DNA of 64,000 bases, taken from the NCBI GenBank assembly GCA_000146045.2, contig BK006947.3, positions 448,001-512,000 of the forward strand, in the 5' to 3' direction. Positions 55,724-64,000 of the stretch are shown piece after piece. The DNA is from TPA_inf: Saccharomyces (Eukaryota). The notes beneath the pieces are model-generated. The model was not told where the DNA came from. It did not search any database and worked only from the letters and a program-made list of their open reading frames with translations. The translations under genes were made by a program, and so were the position numbers. Every line of letters starts with the position of its first letter. The first letter of the stretch is position 1.

Positions 55724-57484
55724 ATGTCACGAAGTAACAGTATATACACAGAAGATATTGAGATGTATCCTACTCACAATGAGCAGCATCTGACGAGAGA
55801 ATACACAAAACCAGATGGTCAAACGAAAAGTGAAAAACTAAATTTCGAAGGCGCTTATATCAACAGTCACGGGACTCTATCCAAGACTACCACAAGGGAA
55901 ATAGAAGGCGATTTAGACTCTGAGACTTCTTCTCACTCCAGTGATGATAAAGTTGATCCAACCCAACAGATAACTGCAGAGACAAAAGCGCCATATACTT
56001 TACTAAGTTACGGTCAGAAGTGGGGAATGGTTGCAATTCTAACAATGTGTGGCTTTTGGTCTTCATTGGGATCACCGATCTATTATCCCGCTTTGAGGCA
56101 GTTGGAAAAGCAATTTAATGTGGATGAAAATATGGTTAACGTTACTGTGGTTGTGTATCTGTTGTTTCAAGGTATATCTCCCACAGTTAGCGGTGGTCTG
56201 GCGGATTGCTTTGGACGGAGACCTATAATTTTAGCAGGTATGCTGATATACGTTATTGCATCCATCGGGCTAGCATGTGCTCCATCATACGGTGTTATTA
56301 TCTTCTTGAGGTGTATTCAGAGTATTGGTATTTCCCCCACAATTGCAATCAGTTCTGGTGTTGTCGGGGACTTCACTTTGAAGCATGAAAGAGGTACATT
56401 TGTTGGCGCCACCTCAGGGTTTGTTTTACTGGGTCAATGTTTTGGTAGTCTTATTGGTGCCGTCCTGACTGCAAGGTGGGATTGGAGAGCTATCTTTTGG
56501 TTTTTGACCATTGGTTGTGGAAGTTGTTTTCTAATTGCCTTTCTTATTTTGCCAGAAACAAAGCGAACCATTGCAGGTAACCTTTCCATTAAGCCTAAAA
56601 GATTCATCAACAGAGCGCCGATTTTCCTACTGGGCCCAGTTAGAAGGAGATTCAAGTACGATAATCCTGATTATGAGACATTAGATCCCACCATTCCGAA
56701 ACTAGATTTGTCATCCGCCGGGAAGATCCTTGTATTGCCAGAAATTATTCTGTCTTTATTTCCATCAGGGCTCTTATTTGCTATGTGGACGTTAATGCTT
56801 TCCTCTATTTCATCCGGTTTATCAGTGGCGCCATACAACTATCATTTGGTCATTATTGGTGTGTGTTATCTACCCGGTGGTATTGGCGGTTTAATGGGTT
56901 CCTTCTTCACAGGTAGAATTATTGACATGTATTTCAAGAGAAAGATCAAGAAATTCGAGCAAGACAAAGCTAACGGGTTGATTCCACAAGACGCAGAGAT
57001 TAATATGTTCAAAGTCCGTTTAGTTTGTCTTCTGCCCCAAAATTTCTTGGCCGTCGTAGCCTATCTTTTATTTGGTTGGAGTATAGATAAGGGCTGGAGG
57101 ATCGAATCTATTTTAATTACTTCATTTGTCTGTTCATACTGTGCTATGAGTACATTATCAACATCAACTACGTTATTGGTCGATTTGTACCCAACGAAAT
57201 CATCTACAGCAAGTAGTTGTTTCAACTTTGTTAGGTGCAGTTTGAGTACCATCTTCATGGGTTGCTTTGCCAAAATGAAAGCTGCGATGACTGTAGGTGG
57301 TACTTTTACATTTTTATGTGCGCTGGTATTTTTCTTCAACTTCTTAATGTTTATTCCGATGAAATATGGTATGAAGTGGAGGGAGGATAGATTATTGAAA
57401 CAACAAAGACAGTCTTGGTTAAACACCTTGGCAGTCAAAGCCAAAAAGGGAACAAAAAGAGACCAGAACGATAATCATAATTAA
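55724..57484 (+). CDS. AQR1: MFS multidrug/short-chain monocarboxylate transporter (DHA1 family)
   Basis: 586 aa with ~12 predicted TM helices and an MFS signature (GGLADCFGRRP). Confidence 0.78.
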   Translation: MSRSNSIYTEDIEMYPTHNEQHLTREYTKPDGQTKSEKLNFEGAYINSHGTLSKTTTREIEGDLDSETSSHSSDDKVDPTQQITAETKAPYTLLSYGQKWGMVAILTMCGFWSSLGSPIYYPALRQLEKQFNVDENMVNVTVVVYLLFQGISPTVSGGLADCFGRRPIILAGMLIYVIASIGLACAPSYGVIIFLRCIQSIGISPTIAISSGVVGDFTLKHERGTFVGATSGFVLLGQCFGSLIGAVLTARWDWRAIFWFLTIGCGSCFLIAFLILPETKRTIAGNLSIKPKRFINRAPIFLLGPVRRRFKYDNPDYETLDPTIPKLDLSSAGKILVLPEIILSLFPSGLLFAMWTLMLSSISSGLSVAPYNYHLVIIGVCYLPGGIGGLMGSFFTGRIIDMYFKRKIKKFEQDKANGLIPQDAEINMFKVRLVCLLPQNFLAVVAYLLFGWSIDKGWRIESILITSFVCSYCAMSTLSTSTTLLVDLYPTKSSTASSCFNFVRCSLSTIFMGCFAKMKAAMTVGGTFTFLCALVFFFNFLMFIPMKYGMKWREDRLLKQQRQSWLNTLAVKAKKGTKRDQNDNHN

Positions 57485-57867
57485 TTGGCATTCTTCAATT
57501 TGATAGACACTTATCCCTGCATATTTTTTTTATAAACAGCTTATAGACTTTCATGTAAATTTTTCCTAATTAATGTATTATTTACTTCGTTAATTTTCCG
57601 TTGAATTATTGACATGTTAAAGGTGCACTAAATATACCTAATACAAAAAATGGTTTTCTGTGGCAAATATATACAGTGGAAATTTCAGCATATAATCCCT
57701 GCTTTACTCTTTCCTTAAGATTTCGTCATAATTAGAACTTTTTTTGGTAAACTGCATTTTCTACCATTATTACTTTACATATGTATAGCTACAAAACTGT
57801 ATTTTGAAGTGAAAAGTATGATGAATAAATGAATCGTGAATAAGTTGATCTTTTTTTATCAAGAAAA

Positions 57868-59097
57868 TCATTGAGATGCACATTGAACACCTTCGCCACC
57901 TTGTTCTTCTTCATCGGAATCATAGTTTGCACCACCCCTGGAGGCCCGTGTTCTGTTGTATTTGGCTGGGTCAAAGTCTGCGAGTACACATTCGTCCACA
58001 GTAGCTTTCTTTGGAATGGCTGGGACAATTCTTGGAGGCAAAATTTCTTCTAACTTCTTCAAGTTTTCTTCTGATGTGAAATGGTTTTCTGGGAACTTGA
58101 TAGTAAATTTGATGATTAAATTACCATAGCCACCGTATTTTGGAATTGGCATACCTTTACCTTCGATGACCTTACGCATACCTGGGGCAATAACTTCACC
58201 TGGAACAATACCGACCTTTAACCAATCACCAGAAACATGTTCCAATGCAAATTCACCACCAGCGATAGCAGTCAATAGATCAATTTCAGCCTCATATACT
58301 AAATCATCACCATCTCTCTTGAAGCTCTTGTGTGGTCTCTCAGAAACTATGAAGACAACATCACCTGGAATGACATCTGGGGCTTGGTCAGCTTCACCTT
58401 TGAAAACGATTCTTTGACCATCTTTCATACCTGGTTCGACATGGACTTCTAGGATCTTCCTTTCGTTTTCAACTTTCTTACCGTTACAAGATTTACAACG
58501 ATCCTTAGGATCAATGATATCACCAGTACCGTGACAGACATCACACTCTGTTTGGAATCTTTGGATCATTGGACCCATTTGTCTTGTTACAAATTTAATA
58601 CCTTGACCATTACAGCTGGTACACTTCTTGACGGCGCCTTTCTTACCACCACGACCTTCACATTCTTTACATAGGATCTGTTTGTTAAGGGCTAACTTAG
58701 CTGTCCTACCCTTATATAATTCTTCAAGTGAGGCAGAAATTTCATGCTTGATATCTTTACCTCTTTGGGGACCTCTTGGTCTTTGTGCGCCACCAGCACC
58801 AAAGAATTGGGAAAAGATATCGTCACCAAAACCGAATCCACCACCTGGGAATCCGCCAGCGCCACCAGCACCACTTAGACCATCTTCACCAAATTGGTCA
58901 TATATATCTCTCTTTTCAGGATCTGATAAAATTTCATAGGCTGCTGAAGCTTCTTTGAACTTTTCTGCAGCTTCCTCACTTGGATTCTTATCTGGATGGT
59001 ATTTTAAGGCGCATTTTCTATAAGCTTTCTTAATTTCGACATCAGTGGCAGTTACTGGAACACCTAGAATATCGTAAAACTTAGTTTCTTTAACCAT
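57868..59097 (-). CDS. YDJ1: Type I Hsp40 co-chaperone Ydj1
   Basis: 409 aa. Has a J domain (YHPDKNP), a G/F region, four CxxCxGxG repeats, and a C-terminal CASQ farnesylation box. Confidence 0.95.
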   Translation of the reverse strand: MVKETKFYDILGVPVTATDVEIKKAYRKCALKYHPDKNPSEEAAEKFKEASAAYEILSDPEKRDIYDQFGEDGLSGAGGAGGFPGGGFGFGDDIFSQFFGAGGAQRPRGPQRGKDIKHEISASLEELYKGRTAKLALNKQILCKECEGRGGKKGAVKKCTSCNGQGIKFVTRQMGPMIQRFQTECDVCHGTGDIIDPKDRCKSCNGKKVENERKILEVHVEPGMKDGQRIVFKGEADQAPDVIPGDVVFIVSERPHKSFKRDGDDLVYEAEIDLLTAIAGGEFALEHVSGDWLKVGIVPGEVIAPGMRKVIEGKGMPIPKYGGYGNLIIKFTIKFPENHFTSEENLKKLEEILPPRIVPAIPKKATVDECVLADFDPAKYNRTRASRGGANYDSDEEEQGGEGVQCASQ

Positions 59098-59757
59098 CTT
59101 TGGACGTTTATTATTGTTGTTGGAAGATGTAGAATTCAGTTTGGATAATTTTTAATTATGTTCTATCAAAAGATATGGTAACAAATAACAAAAAAATAAA
59201 TACGTAACAGTTATCAAATAAGACGCTTGTTCGGGCCTAATATATATGGGGAAAAGGACTTTTTGTGACTTTGATTTATAAAAACGAACTACACACCTTA
59301 TCAAACAAGAACTACCTAACCAACATATAAACGTAGAGCAAGTTTTTACACGTTTTATAAGTACGTGGATTGATCTGCAAGTTAAATACTTTCCATACCT
59401 GCCGATGCTCTATTGCCTTTTCATTTCTTGAAAAAGAAATGAAAAAATTTTCTATTTTTTCGATGGCCTTCTATAATTTTGTACGAAATATTATAGGTCA
59501 GGTGTATATCACGTGCTCAAACCAGCGACTTCACATCTTATTTTATACCAACATACTCATTATAACAATGTATTCCATAGTTGAATACACACAACTCAAA
59601 CGTGTATAAACGACTTTATTTTGCCGACTCTCTACGGTCAATGTCTTGTTACGTTTTCAAGTGCTTTTAGAAACTCTGCACTCTCTTCCCCTTAACTCGT
59701 AGACAAGGAGCGATAGTTGAATGGTAGGAACGAAAAAGAAACGGTTAGAAAGAACAT

Positions 59758-60702
59758 ATGCCTCGAATATCTACATCATTGATAAGAAAAGCTTCGAGAA
59801 TACGACCTGGTTTGCATCTTTTGCTTCCAGAATGTAGGACTCTCGAGCAAGCGAAACTCGAGTACAAATGGCTCACCGAAGAGCTGCCTCCGGATAAATC
59901 AATCCGCTGGGCTTGCTTACAGAGATACAAACACGTCCCATTGCAGTACATCTTAAGATCGCAACCGTTTGGGGCCTTGGACATAGTTTGCAAGCCTGGT
60001 GTTCTTATACCAAGATGGGAAACCGAGGAATGGGTGATGGCCATAATAAGAGCTCTAAACAACTCTATGCTTTCAAGGCATACTATACCACTGCATATTT
60101 GTGATACGTTTACAGGAACAGGGTGTATTGCTCTCGCTTTGAGTCATGGTATAGCAAATTGCACGTTCACTGCCATTGACGTGTCAACAAGAGCAATTAA
60201 GTTGGTTAAAGAAAATATGCTGAAAAACAAGGTGAGTGGTGGTAAGCTCGTGCAACATAATATATTGTCCTCAAAAGCTAGCGATGAATATCCATCCCAT
60301 ATAGATATATTAACCGGTAACCCCCCCTACATTCGAAAGCGTGACTTCAATAGAGATGTTAAAACTTCCGTAAAGCTGTTCGAACCAAGGCTAGCGCTAG
60401 TGGGTGAGCTTGAATGCTATATAAATCTAGTAAATTATTGGCTGCCGAAGACAGACTCCTTCTTTTATGAGATTGGAGACGTTGAACAGTTTAATTACGT
60501 GGAGAGGCGCATTAAAGAAGATTCATATCTCAGCCGTATTTGGTCTATTGGTTTGAAATATGACTCGAATGGGAAAGCAAGAGTCGTATATGGGTTTAAG
60601 GCCACTCCCAAAGGGCGAATACTACACCAGATTTTTGCATCCTTTGGGACTATAAGACATTTAGCAACCGCACTCAGTGGGCACAAAGCTAATTGCAACT
60701 AA
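59758..60702 (+). CDS. MTQ1: Mitochondrial release-factor glutamine N5-methyltransferase (HemK family)
   Basis: 314 aa. Contains the NPPY catalytic motif (LTGNPPYI) and a SAM-binding DTFTGTGCIAL motif. Confidence 0.8.
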   Translation: MPRISTSLIRKASRIRPGLHLLLPECRTLEQAKLEYKWLTEELPPDKSIRWACLQRYKHVPLQYILRSQPFGALDIVCKPGVLIPRWETEEWVMAIIRALNNSMLSRHTIPLHICDTFTGTGCIALALSHGIANCTFTAIDVSTRAIKLVKENMLKNKVSGGKLVQHNILSSKASDEYPSHIDILTGNPPYIRKRDFNRDVKTSVKLFEPRLALVGELECYINLVNYWLPKTDSFFYEIGDVEQFNYVERRIKEDSYLSRIWSIGLKYDSNGKARVVYGFKATPKGRILHQIFASFGTIRHLATALSGHKANCN

Positions 60703-60775
60703 GTATATAAATGTAAATATATATATTCTCAGGTTTTTTTGTTGGAAGTTATCAAACGGAACACTCTGTGGACAT

Positions 60776-62212
60776 TTATATTTTTTGTTTCTTAGCTCCA
60801 TGTTCAGCAAGCTTTTCACTGGAGTCAGCTGCAGTCGCGTTTTCCGATACAGGTTCAGGAGCAGGGATGACTCTGTGACACCACATTAGATATCCACCAC
60901 CACCTTTCATGGTCATCAGAGGGTGTAGCTTACCCCTTATACTTTGGTACGGCCTACATCTAGTTTCCAAAATTGATGGTGCTAAAAACCTGAGGTCTGA
61001 ATATAAAGTATGAGCTAATTCCAACAAAGTTTCTTTGAATTGACCATAGCATACAATCGGCCTTGAACCATGGATTTTTTCGGCCAACTTTGGCACTAGT
61101 GTTGGTAAATGTAGTGTAGTAGCCATTACAAGACCGTCATATAGGAATTCTCCTGTTAGTTCTAAAATTTGCCATTGTGTATTGTACCATCTGAGTTTTC
61201 GGTAGTACGAGTTTTTCTTACCACCTTTTAATGCACGGGCTTCTTCTTTAGGTAATGGTGTAAATCTGCTCTGAATCTCTTGTAGTGTAGGCGGTTCAAA
61301 AAAATCTAATAGAGAAATGGTGTGTACATGCTCTTTAATAAATTTCTCAGAATAATTAGCAAACTTCAGCAAATCCAAGTTGGCATGTTCATTTTCGTGA
61401 ATAACTATGACTTTGCCCTTGGATTTGCTTTCATTGTCACCGCCAAACATTCTTTCCAACAGAAAGTAAACCAATAACCCACCCGTTTCATCCATACAGA
61501 GATAGTTGCCTTCTGATTGGATGTTCGCAAGATTTAACAGCATCCCCATCGATTCCTGAGACATATCCAATACCCTTTGGATATCGCCTTTGTCGATTAA
61601 GAATTGTAAAAGGTTAGAGCTACTTAAATACTCAACGGTGAAGTACTTGGCGAATTTTTGTTTCTTCCTATTCACATATTTCTCTTGAGAATATACGGTC
61701 TTGTTGTGAAAACTTTTGTGAGATTTGATAATTTTGTCGATTATTTCTTTACTAGATAAAGATTCTTGTTTCATTTTTTCAATTTCTTCAACGGTTAACT
61801 CTTGGGCCTTGCTGCCCATGTTAACCAGATTCTGATTCGTAGCACTGCTGTCAATGCTAGACAATTCAAGAGACACAGATTTTTCCTTAATAGATAAAGG
61901 AGGCTCGCTTTGACCATCGTCTTTATCATTATTGACATCTTTGATCTCCTGCGATAATAGCCTTACTTTCCCGATGGGAATTTTGTTCTTTGGTTTCGAA
62001 TCTCTATTTTCATCGGATGAAACCTCTTCGCCATCATAATATATCTCGAAAGTCAACCCGAAAGGATAACCAATTATGTCATTAACCTCGAAAGCACCGA
62101 ATTTTCCTAATGATACAGAGGTGTTGGGCTTTAGTTCCACTATCTTGTAATTTTTTGATGGCAGCCGGACGATAACGTGCTGATTAAAATCTATGGTTGT
62201 CAAAGCATTCAT
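60776..62212 (-). CDS. GCD10: tRNA (m1A58) methyltransferase non-catalytic subunit Gcd10 (Trm6)
   Basis: 478 aa. Size, order, and divergent pairing with NOP2 match YNL062C. A Ribi-type promoter module is shared with NOP2. Confidence 0.78.
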   Translation of the reverse strand: MNALTTIDFNQHVIVRLPSKNYKIVELKPNTSVSLGKFGAFEVNDIIGYPFGLTFEIYYDGEEVSSDENRDSKPKNKIPIGKVRLLSQEIKDVNNDKDDGQSEPPLSIKEKSVSLELSSIDSSATNQNLVNMGSKAQELTVEEIEKMKQESLSSKEIIDKIIKSHKSFHNKTVYSQEKYVNRKKQKFAKYFTVEYLSSSNLLQFLIDKGDIQRVLDMSQESMGMLLNLANIQSEGNYLCMDETGGLLVYFLLERMFGGDNESKSKGKVIVIHENEHANLDLLKFANYSEKFIKEHVHTISLLDFFEPPTLQEIQSRFTPLPKEEARALKGGKKNSYYRKLRWYNTQWQILELTGEFLYDGLVMATTLHLPTLVPKLAEKIHGSRPIVCYGQFKETLLELAHTLYSDLRFLAPSILETRCRPYQSIRGKLHPLMTMKGGGGYLMWCHRVIPAPEPVSENATAADSSEKLAEHGAKKQKI

Positions 62213-62392
62213 TGTGCACTAAATTCAAAGTTTTTTTGTCCAATTCGTTTGCAACAATGTGAGTAGGATCCAACGTGCCAAAGAATTTAAAGTTGAATAT
62301 TATTATTGTTATTATACACCTCATCGACTTTTTTTTTTTTTTTGATGAAATTTTTCAGATTTTACAAAACCGTTACCCAGTTTCACGTTTTC

Positions 62393-62416
62393 TGAAAAAA
62401 ATTTTCATCTCATCGC
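62393..62416. promoter_or_regulatory. RRPE (TGAAAAAAATTTTC) immediately followed by PAC (CTCATCGC, reverse complement of GCGATGAG) in the GCD10/NOP2 divergent promoter. A second PAC-like CCTCATCGA lies at about 62319-62327.
   Basis: Both are known motifs of the ribosome-biogenesis (Ribi) regulon. They sit about 125-150 bp upstream of the NOP2 ATG. Confidence 0.65.
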
Positions 62417-62539
62417 AGAATAAGTTTAAGATGAGCTGAGCTGCAAATACAGTTGTCGCTAAGGTATATAGATTTGTAATTCTGGCGGAATTCCCCTTGT
62501 GTTGGCTAATATTAGAATTACATATACATATAATAGGAA

Positions 62540-64000
62540 ATGGGTAGTAGACGTCATAAGAACAAGCAAGCCGCCCCACCAACCCTGGAGGAGTTTCAGG
62601 CAAGAAAGGAAAAGAAGGCTAATAGAAAGCTAGAAAAAGGAAAGAGACCTTCTACCACGCAAGGGGATGAAGTTTCTGATAGAAAGAAAAAGAAGTCGAA
62701 GCCATTCAAGAAATCTAGAAAAGAGGAGGAAGAAGTTGTTGAAGAGGATAAGGATTTGCCAGAAGTTGATCTTGAAGAATTATCAAAAGCCAGGAAATCT
62801 TTATTTGATGATGAAGAAGATGACGATGAAGCAGGATTGGTGGATGAAGAACTAAAAGATGAATTTGACTTGGAACAAGAATATGATTACGATGAAGATG
62901 AAGATAATGACGCCCACCCAATTTTTTCAGATGACGACGATGAGGCTGATCTTGAAGAACTAAATGCACAAAACATGGAAGCTCTTTCTAAGAAACTTGA
63001 TGAAGAAGAAGCTGAAGAAGCTGAAGAAGCCGAAATGGAGTTAGTGGAAGCGGAGAACATGCAACCAAGAGCAGACATATTGCCCACTGAGGAGCAGGAA
63101 GAAATGATGGCACAAGAAACTCCTAATTTAACTTCCACAAGAACAAGAATGATTGAAATTGTAAAGGTTTTGGAAAATTTTAAGACTCTTGGTGCAGAAG
63201 GCAGATCGAGAGGAGAATACGTTGACAGACTTTTGAAAGATATTTGTGAGTACTTTGGTTATACACCATTTTTGGCGGAAAAGTTATTCAATCTATTCTC
63301 ACCAGCAGAGGCGATGGAGTTTTTCGAAGCCAATGAAATTGCAAGACCAATAACCATCAGAACCAACACCTTGAAGACCAGAAGGAGAGACTTAGCTCAA
63401 ACTCTTGTGAATAGAGGTGTTAATCTACAACCTATTGGTTCTTGGACTAAAGTTGGTCTTCAAATATTCGATTCCCAAGTCCCAATTGGTGCTACGCCAG
63501 AATATTTGGCAGGTCACTATATTTTACAAGCGGCATCATCTTTTCTACCAGTTATTGCTCTAGATCCTCATGAAAATGAGCGTATCTTGGATATGGCAGC
63601 TGCTCCAGGTGGTAAGACCACTTATATATCAGCTATGATGAAAAACACAGGTTGTGTTTTCGCTAACGACGCCAATAAATCTAGAACAAAATCTTTAATT
63701 GCTAATATCCACCGTCTAGGCTGTACCAACACTATTGTATGCAATTACGATGCCCGTGAGTTCCCTAAGGTAATTGGAGGTTTTGACAGAATTTTACTGG
63801 ATGCCCCATGTTCCGGTACTGGTGTTATCGGTAAGGATCAATCTGTCAAGGTGTCTCGTACCGAGAAGGACTTCATTCAAATTCCACATCTACAAAAACA
63901 ATTGCTTCTATCCGCCATTGATTCTGTTGATTGCAACTCGAAACATGGTGGTGTAATAGTATATTCGACATGTTCTGTTGCAGTGGAAGAGGACGAAGCT
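62540..64000 (+). CDS. NOP2: Nucleolar rRNA m5C methyltransferase Nop2 (NOL1/NOP2/Sun family), 3'-truncated by the window edge (first 487 codons)
   Basis: The ATG at 62540 opens a frame with no stop to 64000. It has an acidic N-terminus (DDEEDDDE) and then the methyltransferase core (MAAAPGGKTT, LLDAPCSGTG, STCSV). Confidence 0.85.
   Translation, partial: MGSRRHKNKQAAPPTLEEFQARKEKKANRKLEKGKRPSTTQGDEVSDRKKKKSKPFKKSRKEEEEVVEEDKDLPEVDLEELSKARKSLFDDEEDDDEAGLVDEELKDEFDLEQEYDYDEDEDNDAHPIFSDDDDEADLEELNAQNMEALSKKLDEEEAEEAEEAEMELVEAENMQPRADILPTEEQEEMMAQETPNLTSTRTRMIEIVKVLENFKTLGAEGRSRGEYVDRLLKDICEYFGYTPFLAEKLFNLFSPAEAMEFFEANEIARPITIRTNTLKTRRRDLAQTLVNRGVNLQPIGSWTKVGLQIFDSQVPIGATPEYLAGHYILQAASSFLPVIALDPHENERILDMAAAPGGKTTYISAMMKNTGCVFANDANKSRTKSLIANIHRLGCTNTIVCNYDAREFPKVIGGFDRILLDAPCSGTGVIGKDQSVKVSRTEKDFIQIPHLQKQLLLSAIDSVDCNSKHGGVIVYSTCSVAVEEDEA

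Noticed and set aside
60741-60775. TGTTGGAA... resembling the first 8 nt of a Ty1/Ty2 delta LTR (TGTTGGAATA)
   Set aside because: The match does not extend beyond 8 nt, and there are only ~73 bp between the MTQ1 and GCD10 stops. No LTR, target-site duplication or tRNA gene is nearby.

Overview
The window reads as a gene-dense, compact segment of Saccharomyces cerevisiae chromosome XIV (left arm, the YNL094W to YNL061W interval), from the 3' part of APP1 to the 5' part of NOP2. I make this call from the translated ORFs, which match 34 well-known yeast proteins in a co-linear order (TOP2, PMS1, TPM1, YDJ1, FKH2, LAT1, RNH201, RPL9B, RPL16B and others). No rRNA, tRNA, CRISPR or Ty/LTR element could be supported from the sequence. 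One gene, RPL16B, is spliced. The most notable feature is a +1 frameshift in a 9-G homopolymer inside SAL1; the rest of the SAL1 reading frame continues out of frame, as in the S288C sal1-1 allele. Together with MKT1 codon 30 = Asp, this points to an S288C-like lab-strain haplotype. The remaining findings are regulatory and repeat architecture: MCB palindromes upstream of PMS1 and TOP2; RRPE+PAC modules upstream of NOP2/GCD10 and IMP4; a Reb1-site cluster plus a poly(dT) tract in the TPM1/NIS1 divergent promoter; Ace2/Swi5 sites far upstream of SUN4; an HSE upstream of APJ1; a coding hexamer microsatellite in NIS1; the 114-nt internal tandem duplication in TPM1; and a purine-rich low-complexity block in NST1. 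The ORF track uses non-ATG starts (TTG/GTG) in several places, so I moved those starts to the first plausible ATG. I found nothing that supports a genuinely undescribed system; this appears to be an ordinary, well-annotated core region. Motif coordinates were counted by hand from the printed sequence and may be off by 1-2 nt. CDS coordinates are anchored to the ORF track.
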